From Trichoplax sp. H2 (taxonomy: Eukaryota), in the NCBI GenBank assembly GCA_003344405.1, contig NOWV01000024.1:496001-560000 (forward strand): a DNA stretch of 64,000 nt, read 5' to 3'. The translations under genes were made by a program, and so were the position numbers. The notes beneath the pieces are model-generated. The model was not told the DNA's origin and ran no database searches. It saw nothing but the letters and a program-made list of their open reading frames with translations. Each line of letters starts with the position of its first letter. The stretch's first letter is position 1. Shown here one piece after another: positions 42,328 through 56,519 of the stretch.

Positions 42328-44513
42328 TTAGTTAGAAAGTAGCCTGCTTACAGATTTTTCTAAAATATCCACCGAACGTCTAACACCATCTGCAATACGC
42401 GAATAGAGAACAAATCAGATAAAAAAATTTAGATTAATTAGTATAAAATTGACTTTGTTACATACCTAAAGTTTTAACAGTCGCTATTTGTTCTTCTGAT
42501 AAAGCTTCATCAGTTTGCGTCATAAAATCGTTACCCAATTTTTCGTAAGATCCTTTAATGGTAGCAATACCTTGCAATGTCTAGTTACATACAAGAAAGT
42601 ATAATAATTTTTTCTCCCAAGCTAAAGTAATGAGACAAATACATATATTTTATGGATAATATTTTGCTTACTTGAGAGAAGTGAGCTAATAAGCTATCGA
42701 CACGTTTCACTACAAGTCCTAGAGCTGCACAAGATGACATCGAAAAGGATTGTGATTTTAGGCTTACGTTAATCTGAATCGAGCATAAAATTTGACATAT
42801 AAGTCCATTTACCTGACAATCTTGGCGAGGGCTTTTGGCACCAAGTTTTAATTTCTGTTTCATAACAGTGGGAGAAACCCGCCATAATTTGAGCTAACGT
42901 TGACAAGGTTAACTTAAGCCGGCGCAAAATTGGCCTAATCTTATTCATATCGTATTCACATGGGGAATACTAGCAAGCAAAATAAGCACATGTTAATTAT
43001 TCATAAGGTTAACACTGAAGTTTAGCTAGCCAAAGTTATTCGTTGTATCTATCTATTGCTGCGTACGCTGCTTTTCAAATCAGCAAGCTGATTTTGCCTT
43101 TCAACCAGTTGATCAGCGATACTGCTGGCAGAGTCCAACAAATCTTTATAACTATAATTGATACAGAGAGATAGGATGATTCGGAACAACTATTATGTTG
43201 AGGTATACGAAATGAGGCTGTATATACAAGATTGTAAGAATTTTTTCATGTCAGGAGGGGTATCAGAATTTGATTTGATCTAAAAATAGCTTACTCTTTT
43301 TCCGTTACTGATGCACTTTCACTTCCCCTTGTAATATTAGTTAGATCATAGGGGAAAAGGTTAATATTGGTTAGAAAGACCTGCTGTAAATTTTCTTGAT
43401 GGCATATTTTATCCATAAGTAAACAATTGCTAGTGAATTTCTTTTCCAGATGACCGCTATCAATGGCAATTTTTAACATTACTTGAGATCGGGTGATTTG
43501 TTGACAATGATTTCCATTTCTTAAGTCAAAATTTTATATACCTTCCCATTTTCTGACTCTGATCAATAGCACAAACGACATCGATTAAAGTATTCATAAA
43601 GATTTTCTGCTTAGAAGCTGGGCATGTCCCCTACATGATCATGAATTACACTGTGAGGAAAAGTTTTCTACATTTTCAATTTGCTATCAACGTTGACAGG
43701 ATTCATAACAGATATCGAGTAATATAATTACCATAGCATAAGCATAGACTTACTTTAATCAACTCTATATCGTGTGTTGCACATAAGCCCAGAGATGAAG
43801 CAATAAACAGCAATGCTTTTTGAATTGAGAAACAACATCAACAATGAATTGGACTCTTCAAGTATCGTTTCCGACGTCCAAAATTCATTAAGGTACATTT
43901 ATATTATAATAATTGATAGACTAAGACTGAAGAAGTATCAATCTATATAAAGTAGAAGAGATGGAATAATATCCTGATATCCCTTATTTTACTAAGAACA
44001 ACCAACTAATGAGACGCTTACTTTGTAGCCTAGAATCGCCTCGACCAGAAGCTTGTATTGTTTGGTTATCTAATATTTCTTCAATACTAGGTTCTAATCT
44101 AAAAGTAGACAAAAAAATCAATCGTTACGATCATATCATAAGCCGATAATCTAGTTATTTTCCTCATCATCAAGCCATAAAGGAATAGTATAGCGGTATC
44201 CTTAGATGCTCACCTAGCAAACAGCCATTGCAGTAAGCGTATTCTAGCTTCTCCCGGTTTAAAAATCAACTCGGTCACCCATGATTCGTCGACATCTTCA
44301 ACATAAGGGCAATCGAGACTCTACACCATCAACGATTACAAATGCTACTGTCATGATCATCATATATCACTCCAGCCATATGCGAAATCAATTTCATTTC
44401 ACTTGTTAGTAACTGTTTACTTTTACTTGGAATACTGCGTTAATATTTTGGTTAAAATAGCTTAAATGTAATTGTTGTACCTCAAGCCGTTGGACCCACG
44501 TCGATCCCGCCAT
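42328..44513 (-). CDS. HAUS7: HAUS augmin-like complex subunit 7, 11 exons, ~333 aa
   Basis: Exons 44513-44481, 44320-44214, 44098-44022, 43815-43754, 43630-43542, 43456-43295, 43151-43067, 42969-42813, 42724-42672, 42580-42466, 42389-42328 (1002 nt, in frame). The N-terminal LESLDCPYVE..ELIFKPGEARIRLLQWL and LGLCATHDIELIKGTCPASKQKIFMNTLID resemble human HAUS7 as I recall it (LKDLNCPFLE..ELLCSPSEYRLEILEWM; LMLCAPDDQELLKGCACAQKQLHFMDQLLD). The C-terminal half is coiled-coil-like. Confidence 0.85.
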
Positions 44514-44972
44514 AACGATTTGAAAGAGTTTCCTTGAAATTGACACCGTACTCAGAGTACAGTAAGTACAGTACTATGTGTACTGTGACTGTAACTCCGA
44601 CCTGATAGTAAATCTAGGCATAGTGCTCTTTCAATTCATTGAGTAGCCGACGTAGACTAAGGCGACGAAACGGTTTGTGGATGGCTTGCCGAGAATTACA
44701 GTACAAAGTGCGTCGGATGGATGGATAGAAATACTATAATCCTTGCAACTACTCTCGTATCCCAGCTAGCATTTGCAACGGAATCAATTGCAAGATGATG
44801 CTGGCTGCAAGCTCTTATATTTTGCAGAATTGATGGGTTAAAACAAGAGATAAACTGGGAATAGAAATTATTCAATATCGCAAATATTATTCGTTGGTCA
44901 TTAGGGGTCATTTTGAATGCTAGTAGCTCTATTTTACTGAGCTAACTCCATCGCTGGTCAGCTAATATTGCC
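44514..44972. promoter_or_regulatory. Bidirectional promoter region of HAUS7/FAM185A
   Basis: Divergent start codons 459 bp apart, raised GC/CpG, and a cluster of GTACAGTA/TACTG motifs at ~44547-44595. Confidence 0.7.
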
Positions 44973-47208
44973 ATGGCCTTCTTCTTATCGAGGTTACGAC
45001 CAGTAGCTTCTGCTTATATCCGCTTACTAACGAGTTACGCGGTCGCACCTCGAGGAAAAATCAATATCTCCATGCCATGTAAATTGGCTCGCATTATTCC
45101 TATGATGTCTGACGATCAAATGTTAGTTCGGTTAATTGATCACGATGGTTATCAGGTAGATCAAGTATTGCAAGTTGATGTCGAAAAGAATAATACCAAT
45201 CATCGCTCAGATATCAAAATCAATAGCAAGCCTGAACTGATGCAAGACTTACGCAACAAGCTGCAGTTCGAACTTCAAGTTCCTATGCATTACGGTATGC
45301 TATTTTCAGTTATGGTATTTATACTCCAAGAAATTGATAATTGCTAAACCCTCTCCCATGTAATTCAAGTTGATCTAGTCGCACTTTAGCAACTTGTGCT
45401 TTCTGCATAATGCAATATACGTAGATCTGGATATTAACTTGGAAGATGGAGATGTACAAATTGAAAATCTAGAGAGTCGGGCAATTAAAATTAATTTACT
45501 GAATGGTTCATGTGTGACCAAGTCCTTGAAGGTGATGCAGTATAAATTAAGGCTTTACGTTTCAAATAGACTGATCAATTGTGTTCTTACTATATGTTTG
45601 ATAATTCTTATCATTGTTACGCTCGGGTGATGAGACTTGCGGTATAACTGAATTTCCATATTTACCTTAATAAATTAGTCTACCAATCTAGAAATTGAAT
45701 GTAAATATGGAAGCATCACCAATCACTCCTATGTTTTAGGCGATTACATTGCGATCTGCCGATCTTCTGGGGTAATATTTCCTATTCTGTATTATCAAGA
45801 ATTAAAATGATCTGTAGCATGTAGCTTGTAGGCGATATATTTTGCTGAAAAGGAGAGACACAGTAGATACAAATTAATGCTCTGTTCTTATTCTTATTAT
45901 CGAATTTAGTATATAGCATGCAATTTTTCTCGTCAGCTTTTTTTTATTTCTATTAGGCAATTTTTGCAAATAAGCTTCAGGGTTCAACAATATCACTAAC
46001 AACTGATAAAGGTGATCTTGTGATGGCTTAATAAAATATTATTGTACTGTGCTAAACGTGTGCAACCTTCCGTGTACTTTGGACAAGTGCGGTAGTTATA
46101 ATAATATAATTTATAGAAAACTTTCATTGTAGCATGTTGTATACGAATGCTAATATTAATATATTTATTACAGGTAATGTAGCCGTTGAATCAGTATATT
46201 GCAAATCAATGGATTGCAAATCTGAAATGGGTTTAATTCGTTTAGGCAGTTGTCATGGTAAATTCTAGCAGTTGTGTTCTCAAATCATATTATTAGCTGT
46301 AAAATGTTACCATGATATCCTTCATTCTGTTATTAGTTGTTGGCCTTACAATATATGAGTACGACTAGATAAATATAAATATGATCTTAGCTAACGGATA
46401 CCCTAAACATTGCAGGTCATATGAATGTTACAACATCATTGGCAAACATCGATATTGGTATTGATAAAATCTTACTCTTTTTAGTTTACGGTTGTGGGTA
46501 TATTTGAACATTTTATAGTGATTAAATGAGGCCTGAATTCATATAGATAGTCTATCTGGTAGTGCTGAAATAGCTTCACGGGATGGTTCAATTTCCATTC
46601 ATGTTGATGCCCATGCAATCGGAAATGTAGATTTGCAAACAACTGAAGGTAATTTTATATTATGTGTACGCTTGTTGAATACTGATTGTCAAAATTCAGT
46701 TATTTTTTGATGGTTACACAATATGGATAGTTTTGTCAAACTAGAGTTGCCATACACAATAAATTTGAATGAATTTTACAGGCAATATCGACATTACTGT
46801 ACCATCGAATCTTGGAGTTTCTGCCCATTTCATTGCTTCTCATCTTGAATTAGACAGAAAGGTATTCTTTCTTTACACATAATTATTGTCGTATCTCTGC
46901 ATTATCACCGGCAAAACATAAAAACTTAAATATTAATTATTTGTAAATCATTTTAGCTTTCATTGTCAAACTCAGTGTGCACAAATGATTCCTATAATGG
47001 TATGTTTATATTTTCGAACGAGTATTGCCGTCACTCTTAATTACGTATATGAAACCAATTAGACATTGTATTGGTCATCTCATTAGGTACTATTGGTAAT
47101 AGATCATCGCAGACTACTTCATCGGTTTTGAATGCATTTGCTAGAAATGGTACGCTAGCAGTAAGAGTAAAGGAATGGTTTGATGTGCTAAAGTTTAAAA
47201 ACCCCTAG
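44973..47208 (+). CDS. FAM185A: FAM185A-like protein (DUF4097/putative adhesin beta-strand repeats) with a mitochondrial-targeting-like N-terminus, 10 exons, ~349 aa
   Basis: Exons 44973-45294, 45425-45531, 45679-45771, 45957-46011, 46174-46257, 46416-46457, 46547-46648, 46782-46861, 46957-46999, 47087-47208 (1050 nt). Motifs VAPRGKINISMPC, NKLQGSTISLTTDKG, IRLGSCHGH, GNIDITVPS and the C-terminal EWFDVLK match the FAM185A pattern as I recall it. The N-terminus MAFFLSRLRPVASAYIRLL is Arg/Ser/Leu-rich and lacks acidic residues. Confidence 0.88.
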
Positions 47209-48077
47209 TTAAATAAGCTGTAACCGGAAGCCTTTATGGCTAGTTCGGAGCTACTGTGGAATATTGCAAGCTTACTGATGCTTTATCTATTAGGATATAG
47301 GTATAAAACACATAAATTCCACAAGGTTTGATTTTATTCCTAATGGTATTAAAAAAATGAATTTTCATCCAAAAATAATTTGATCAGAAGTTGTTTACAT
47401 ACATTCCATCGCAAGTGAATAAAATAATAATCAATTAATTAATGTAGTGTCATCGGGTTACAACACGCGAATATTTACCAATATTGGATATTAATTTCAT
47501 TGTATGATACATCGATAAATGAAATAAAATGAAAGTCAAAAATGACCTAAAATTACTGTCATTTATAGAATATATGTGTATGCGTACGCCAGTTTAGAAC
47601 TAACATTTAGTATTCATATTATAAAATTGGTAAATACCATTTAAGCTTTGTTGAATATAAACCTAACTGGATATAATACTGTAGAAATGATATTACAAAC
47701 TATGAGGATGGTATATCGATCTGCGATATTCGTAATGTTTAGAAGCCCACTAAATTGTATATTACATTTTAACGATATTTACAAATTGCAAGGCAAATGT
47801 TATAAGCACTAAAGCAATCCTTTTCAATGATCGGTAAATAGGCAACATCTTACAATAATTAAATAGTATGTACCTAGAATCGGATAATGCATCTGATTCC
47901 GATTTGGTGACGATTTTATCAATACCTATCAGAATAGTGATCATTTTTACAAAACAACGTTGCAATAGGCTATCAATACATGAACTACTTTTTGATATCT
48001 CCTATTTAGCAAGGTCCAGATTACGTATATATATATGCTATAGCGAAATTTTTCTTGAAGTAACCGTAGAAGTGTTG

Positions 48078-51000
48078 TCATACTAGTGACGCATGAGTTC
48101 CATGCAATTTTCTAAAATCTGGTAGTCTTGGTCCATAATTGTTAACACTCAGATGATCTCTGCCTGGCGAACGCCCACTTTCGCTAATATTGCTCTCATC
48201 GTAACTGTCTTGTTGGCTTGGTACTGAACTAGTGTTAGAAAATACTAAACGTTCCGAAAATTCATTGCTAGGATAGTTATCGTGTTCCCGCTGCCTTCCA
48301 AGCAAGTCACCAATAGATCCTGACAAATGACTGCGTGAATGATTACCTACGAGTACAATATTAACAAATTTACTTAATATACTTTTAATAATAAGCGTTC
48401 ACAATCGGTTCTTTGAATTTCCTTTTAAAGAAGTGCTATCAGTATCCTGTTAAACACTCAATCTCATACCGTTATCAAGCTCAAATCCTTTTCGGTTCAA
48501 GTATGCTACAGAAGGAGATCGATATGGAGCTTCAGGGAGTAGTGAAGTTTCTTCGCTTATCTGACCAAAGATATTAGGTAAAGATTTATTTCTTGACCTG
48601 CCTTCAGTCTCTTGTCTTTTAATTGTATGACTTAAAGAAGAAAATCGCTTTGGTGCAACAGGAGCAGATCGAACATCTGCTAGAGCAAGGTCACTACCAC
48701 CACGACCATGATTGCTGATACCGTAATGTTCATTAATTCCATTCATTCCATTGTTACCGTAAGAGGTGTCTACTTGTTGCTCCCGAAAGATACCGCCTTC
48801 AATATTAGAATCTAAACAGTTCACGCATTTCGTTGTAATTAGTAAAGTCCTACAAATTTGATCCTTCAATCCTATTTACTCATACTATGGTAAGGTAAAG
48901 CAAAAGTGAAAATTTACCCTCATGGCGATAAGTCATTGCACCATTAATGTTCAATTTTTCAAATTCACGAAGACTTTCTTCAAGTGATATCAGCTTAAAT
49001 TATCAGGAAAGGTTTAAAAGTCTTATTTAGACAAATTTTTTATAACACTAAATCTTTATACTGAAACTTAAATAACTAAGCTTGTCGATAGAGAAATAGA
49101 GTAAACGCTTAGTAGACCTCACCACGTCAAAGGTATCCAAATTATTTACCTTATCTACACTCTTTCTATGGAATGCGTCACAAGCCTGATTCCAAATATT
49201 ATTATTTCCACTGGTAGTTCTCAATTTCTAACAAAAAATGATCAAGGATATACATAAATTTTGCTTTAAGCATGTAACTGTCACTGCAAGGGTAAATACC
49301 AAACGATTAGTAGAGTATGTTTACCATTATTGATTCAATCAGTTGTCTCTGTAGAAAAATATCTTTTTTCAAAAGGACGATATCATTCTATCAAAGTTAA
49401 TAATATAATCAGTCATTTTGTAATACCAGCACAATTTCTGCAGACTACATATTGTACGTAAGCTATTCCCCATTCTTATACTTACTTTTCGATTTGTTAC
49501 CTCCAATTGACGAAGTGAAAGGCTGCTCTCAAGATCATTGTTTTTGAGAGGTTCTAGACATTCAAAACTGTATGGAGATCCTTCCGGTAAAACACCAGTG
49601 ATTTCCTATTTGACGTAAAAAAATATTATAAGAGGTTTCTTCGCAGATATTAAAAATAATAATTAGAGCTTATTATACATTAACGTATTACCTTCTCTTT
49701 CAAACATAATTGTCGCAACTGGTCAATTTTATTTTGTAACTTTGCAACTAGCGCTTTTTTCCTACTCGCAGAAGTTTTTGTAACACCATCCAACGCTAAA
49801 CTAATAGCAGGATTAGGACAGGTGTCTAGAATTGAAGGATATTATTACACCTTAATTTTGTAAAGTAGCACATTATTTGAGCCATTCAATAATTACAATA
49901 ATTAATGTGTGCTACTAACTGGATTTGGTAAAGCTACTTCTTGTATTATCGTCCTGGTCTATGTCAAGCGAAGTTAACGATCCTTGTGATAAATTGCAAT
50001 GAGTATGCGTTATCTCTTCGATCATATCTTTCGGATTCTTAGTTAGAGGAACCTACAATCATTATCATCGAAGCCTTAGTAAGGATCAAACAATAGAATG
50101 AAAAGATGGTACAAACTATAGTTGTTAACATACTTTCGTTTTACTCCTAGATAGATAGAACTGATGTTGATTTATAGCTTCTAGCCAAAGTCTTCGCGTA
50201 TTAGATGCAGAATAGCCATACCAGACTTGAGTAACGATATAACAGCTATTGAAAAGCAATCTACTATTAAGTATTAACTAGGCTACGGTAGATGTTTGAG
50301 TTTGTAATAGTAAATTCTATTAAATAAATCTAATTTCGAAACAAGTGTAATAACATTCTGCTTGAAATCAAGCAAATCTCTATTTTTTACTTGAATTCTC
50401 TCCTTTCGAGCATGTTTTTATCCGAATTTTGCCTATGATTACAAAATAAAATGATCAATCACACTAAATGATGAAGTAGTTGGATACTGAAGTGTTTCTA
50501 GTATTAGCGTATATTTACGCAAAGGCTATAAATGTGTTGTTTTAACAATACAGTATGTCAGGGTAAAAATCATAAATATAGAAGGTACAGCTGCAAATAC
50601 CTTGCGACTTTGACTTCAATAGTAAACTTTCGGTCTTTAAAGTATAGATTCTCTAGCTGCTTCCACGCGTAAAACTGTTAAATTAGTAAAATAACGTTAA
50701 AGTTGCAACATTATAAAATAACATAAACTGTTCAAACATCTATGTCATCGCTACACACAGTCTTCATTATAGCTATCAAGGTCAGTAAATGAACATTTTC
50801 TAACAACTATGTAGTTATATCTCAAGTAAGATTTATGAAAGTAATCAATAATTTATCACCTCCTGACATATTTCTTTGTCTTCATAACAGAACTGTCCGA
50901 TTCCTTGAAGACTAACCCCCACATAAATTTGTCGCCCAGCTTCATTCTAGTCATATTATAGTGTAGAAAATTGAATAAAACAACACAAAATGTACCAACA

Positions 51001-54000
51001 ATAAATCGTATTCTACATTTACTTTATATGGTATGTAAATTTAAAATTTCTGCATTAGTAACCAATGAATAAAGTCTGTATACGAAACCGATAAGCTTAA
51101 CGGAAAAGGATTCAAGCTTTTCCATGTGCAATGTAAATATAGGGTAAACTTAAGTTTATGATTATTTCAGGACTAGTAAAATGGTCTTATAGTTTACAAA
51201 TCGTAGAAGCTATTTACCTGCATTTTAAAGAAATGCAATCCGTACGTTGGGATATCCTGCACAATCGACATAAATCTATCCGTAAAGGTATACAAAGGAC
51301 GTGGATAATTTAAGGCCATTGCATTAATTTTTGGCTAATATTATCTGAATTAATTAAAGTCATAAGTAATTTCAATGTATATAAGTCATTGCAAGCTCAA
51401 CATCAATAGCGTATGAATAGATTAATAATTATAATTTCAAAGTAAGTATTTCTATATTGCAATTGCATAAATGCTTTTTCCTTTAAAAACATAAAAAAGA
51501 AAAAACTACCGACTTCTGCTCTCAAATTAAGTGGAATAAGTGCATGACAAGCAAATAACAATTGTATTACCGATGTGGTATTTAAAATGAGATGATTTCG
51601 ATAGTAAAACGAGCTAAATCAGCCCATTGATAATATTGTAGTGAAAGAAGATATTGTACAAAAAAAATGGACGAAGAGCAAATTCGGCACATGTGAGACA
51701 GTTGAATCACCTCATGATAGCATCCCCTCGGCTCCAACCGTATATTTGACAGTAGTTAGAACAAATTTTTCCTCTTCTGTTCGTTGCCATGAAAGAAAAG
51801 AGATAAATCAACAAGAGTATTACAATCCTTTCAAAATATTACTCAGGCAACTGTAAGTTATTTCTGTTCAACAATTGATTGAACAATTCCAGTTCGTTAC
51901 ATTGAAGTGCTGCATTTATTTAGTATACAAGTGACTAATAAAATGTACTGAAAACGATAAGTGCATTGAATTTAAACTTACAATGACGATAAGGCTGGAT
52001 CAGTTTCATATATAATTGCTGGTAGAAATTGTGTGCGTTTTAATTGCTCAATTGCAATCTCCTCGCTTTTAAAACAAAAAAATTATAATTACGAGAATAG
52101 CATTTTAAATTAAATCAAACATTTAACGTTTGCGTAACCAACTAGTTATCTATATCGACAGAGATATATCTGTTTCATGTACGGTGCTCAAGGTACAGTA
52201 ATGAGAATGACTTACTAAAAAGATATTACCTTAAATAGGGCATTCTAATTGGTGTGTTATTAAATACATAATGAGGATTTTAATTTAAAAACATTTAAAA
52301 TTTGATGTACTGTACTGTAGAATTAGATTCACAAAAGAGAGATAACAACGTAGCTATTGATAAAAGATCCAGACATAAAAGTTGGAAAATGCCATTAATA
52401 CTAGCTCGCTGTTTCCATTCAACACATTTGATGTAGTTAAATTAAGTACTGTACTACAGTACAATTAGCATTGTTATACGGGTATTGACCATATCAGGTT
52501 GAAAAATCACTTTGAAAGTAAAAATTTTTATTAATATAATTTGTTTTCTTTTTTATTAGCTTACCTCGTAAAATTTCCTCTCGAAGCCTAAATAAGATAA
52601 AATTGATGTTCATGAGCACAAATAGAGCAACATGGAACCGAACCAATTCGTAGTCGATAAAAACAAGGAGTAAATAACTTAATTAAAGTAAAGTAAAATA
52701 ATGAAATCAGCAAAAATTGATATGCAGCAGTTAAAATGTTCTGCTAACGTGCATACTATGTTTAGGGTACGCCACTGCAGTTCCAGGATAGTTCAAAATT
52801 AAAAATATGACTGTAGCATTACTAATATAATTAATACGATTTCTTACAAATGCATCACGCAGTATAGAATCAAAGACATAAATAAGTGTTGTACGACTAC
52901 TGTCGTGGACTACCGAATCAAAAGAGTATTTGGTGATCTATGCTATAGTAAAGAGACATCTTTCGGCTCATGTAGTACCAAAACGGTTTTAAAATTCAAA
53001 ATTAAATTTATCCAGACCTGTAAGACTAGAGCCGCCAAGCGACACAGTGTATCGTAGGTGCACTCAAGTCGACCTTGGGAGATAAGTTGACGAACTTGCA
53101 TGTAGAACATGATTACTGTTGTGCCATCGTGTAACAACGAGACATCATCGATGTAATGGCGAACGCTAAGAGTCATCCTTAAGACAGATTGAGGGGGTAT
53201 TTGCTCCATGACGGGATTATCCATTTGAAGCCAAACTTCTTCTCCGCTAGTTATGGGTGATAAAGTTTCAAGTTTATATCAAACGAATTGCTTTACTATA
53301 CGCCTCTAAAAGCCAAAGGGTTTCCGAATGATTAAAATACGACCATATACTTGGCATACTTGTATGTGTTATACTACATATCGAGCTGAGGTTTTGAGGG
53401 AAGAAATAAGTTACTAGTAAAGGTCGTTATTGGTTACAATACAGCGATTGGGACTATTGCTTTTATTCCATCATGACATAAAAAGCATTCTTCAATTTTT
53501 AATATTGATTCGTAGATGGAAATGTCTCCTTCAAGACTAAGTGAGATTAAAAATTTAAAACTGTGACCATGTTAATCTCTCCATACTCCTCTACTACTGA
53601 GTACCTTTGATGTATAAGGTACTGTACGAAAAAGATAAATTAATTACTGCAGTGAAAAGATAGGAAGAATGGACACTGGATCTACATTTAGCAATCGGAT
53701 ATAGGATATAGTATTTCCGTAGCTCTCTCTACCCTGCTAACGGTAGAAATGTTGTTGATCATACATTTAAAAACAAACGAATCATTCCTTTGGCAAAGCG
53801 TAAGAGTGATTGTTGCCAAGTCATCAATGACAAGACCCAACTTGATACAGTGAAAAAAAACTGGCTGTACAGTAACTTAAGGAGTCGATTTTCAAGAGTA
53901 GTACAGTAAATTTAGGATAATTATTATGTCTCCGCGTATTTGCAGGTTCCGAGATTATAAAAGCATTTACACTTCAATATATTATAAAAGAATGGAAAAT

Positions 54001-56371
54001 AACGATATTGAATTTTTAATCTAATCTGGAAGCGAATCAAGCTTATATTAGTTGTATTATCATTATAGGATATTTGAACTATACAAGAACCTTCGTCCAT
54101 GACATGAACCAGACGGTACTAGTCAATTCTTTCTTGCATATTGTTGTTCAGTATTTAATATGATCAAACCATAAGGTACGTTGGACTGTTACGATGGTCA
54201 ATGAAATGGCGTACAGTAGCAGACAGAATTATTTGGCGTTACAGTAATTCATAATCATCTACATCAGTACTATCGAATCATTTATTTATGCTAACCAATT
54301 AATCTCGTTTGCGTTAGACCATTGGTAGTTATAGAAAATAATTATCAATTTAATAATATCGATTTCTATTTGTAATTTTTGCAGGCGATTGAGTAGCTGG
54401 CAATATAGTAAGAAAACTACAAAGCATTTTAATTTTAGGATAAAATGATTTTAATTTTTACATTGGAAATTAGATTGTAATGTCCCTTTATTCCGTGTTT
54501 TAATAATTCGGGTCGCTATTTTTTAGTCCAGTATCCAGTCCAACTTACATTTCATTTCTGAAGATTAGCCCAAAGTATTCTCGTTCAGCTAAATGGATCT
54601 CAGCGCAAATTCTATCAAGTAGTTCTCTGGCTAATAGTTTTTCCTATTAACAAAAAATAATTGAACCCCATTCAAAAATATTATTATTCATATCCATAAA
54701 TAGTAAGTATTATGCAGCAATCAATCTTCCAGAATGGAATCTGGTCTTGAATAAGAGACATTCTTTCAACATCATTTGTAAGAGAAAATTCCAGCCTAAA
54801 ATTAGAGTATCCAGACAACGTCTAGCTAGCTTTCAATGACGATATGATTTGATTATTTCAATGGACCATAAAAATGTTTTTCTAACGTCGGGGATAAAAT
54901 CAACATAGTGAAAAGATCTTTCATACTATCGGCCAGGCGTCTGCATTGCCAACAATTTGAGAAGAAGTAATTTTGAGACGTTAAAAGTTGCAAGTAACTC
55001 TTTCAAAGTCGACGTAAAGGGTAAATTATGACACTGAAAAGTAATTCGTCAATTTTGACACTGAAAATAGTTAATAAAATTAAATGGAAAAAAAAATTCA
55101 TTGCCAACCGCAAAATATGGAGGGGTAGTCCATTCTAGCTGGAGTAGCAACGCCAAAGCTAAAGTAGAATCATACTATCGATAGTATGGTGTACTGTTGT
55201 TTGAGTATGTTTCTATCTTGGTCTCCAAGTTTGCTCTTTTCCCTTTCCGCCTTGAGGAAACTGTCGCCGACAGTGACTTCATTAATTTCAACTCATTTTC
55301 TAGCGTCAACCGTCTCGGACGTCAAACACTGGGTGCGTACGTCCTCAAATGTCGATCGAACACAAATCATTTTTCACTCACACAATGAGTGTTTGACACA
55401 GTTCAAGTCAGTCACTGCAGTTGCAAAATTGAAGTTGTGAATTAATTAATTCCCCCCCCCAAATTCTTTGACTCAAAGGGCAGAGACAAACTTTGTCAAT
55501 AAAAGTGGGAACGATTTCATTCAGTAATATCTCGTTTGATAAGACATACTGTATCTCGTCTAGGTGAGTACCATCGAAATAAAGAATGGATCTTATGGAT
55601 TGATCAATGATTACGGATTAGCAACACTACTGCAATACAGTACTCAATTTGGCGTAGCTGCAGTCGACAACTAGCTTTGGCTTTGAAAATGTTCCACAAG
55701 TAAGAAAGTACCCAGGATACGAATACAGTATGTAAAGTAATGAATTCGGAAAGAGCACAAGGAAATACTCTAGGTCATTATAATGCGGTGATAAACTTGA
55801 ACATTGCATAATTATACTTCATGTAGCATGTACCTACTGAGTAAGCGAAAGTGTTTTAAGCATTTCCAGTCATAGTCGATCAATCCAGTCACTAGATGGC
55901 ATTTCAGATTCAACCTCTTCAACAGAAGGCTACATCGTATTGTCACAACATAAAGCAATGATCGCCGATGACACTAGCACTTTACAGCATATTCATTGGA
56001 GTATAGTAACATCGAGAGTGGACGGTGTCGAACCTATACTCCTGTTCAAGTCTAGTGATGTGTCAATGATAAGATTGGATACGATAGTACTGTCTACAAG
56101 CCGGTTAACTTGAGGAACAAGCTTGCTGAAGTAGAAATGGATTCATTGATGTCGAATTCAAGAAATTGGCATTCTGTATTTCTAATTCACTGCAGAATAA
56201 TTTACTCTCTGGGTGACGACGACGTCACTCAAGTACTGTATTCCTGTACGTCCACTATTTACAGAGTATGTCTCCTCAATCATTATTATAATTATCGCAA
56301 ACCTGTATATGGGTATGCAACCTCCTTCCATCGAGTAACACAACAGTGCAAGCTTTGCCGTCTTCGTTCAT
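48078..56371 (-). CDS. FRMD4A: FERM domain-containing protein 4 (FRMD4A/B co-orthologue; FERM + CUPID), 19 exons, ~717 aa
   Basis: Exons 56371-56303, 54643-54549, 53246-53018, 52587-52565, 52065-51982, 51776-51711, 51275-51218, 50946-50860, 50674-50601, 50432-50391, 50245-50134, 50052-49920, 49825-49692, 49605-49486, 49387-49325, 49227-49150, 48993-48918, 48811-48470, 48346-48078 (2154 nt). Motifs: CTVVLLDGRRL, KLLARELLD..EREYFGL, IPTYGLHFF, WKQLENLYFKDRKFTIEV, AINQHQFYL and the CUPID-like LRQLCLKEKEITGVLP. The protein ends in HASLV*. Confidence 0.92.
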
Positions 56372-56519
56372 GATGAAATGCTGCTGCAATCAAAAATGCG
56401 TAACTTCACCACAGACAGAATGGGTGGTAGTTTATCATTAGCCGTTAATGCACCCTGGTGTCATTTTTCGCTGCCAGTAAAAAAAATATTATCATTTCAA
56501 TGCTTTGAAAGAAAGAAAG

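Noticed and set aside
43520..43541. Apparent 22-nt intron in HAUS7
   Set aside because: Too short to splice; the in-phase acceptor at 43457 gives a normal 85-nt intron.
52915..52943. Alternative small FRMD4 exon (HRSPNTLLIR)
   Set aside because: Exon 52587-52565 (ASRGNFTS) matches the FERM consensus much better and has stronger splice sites.
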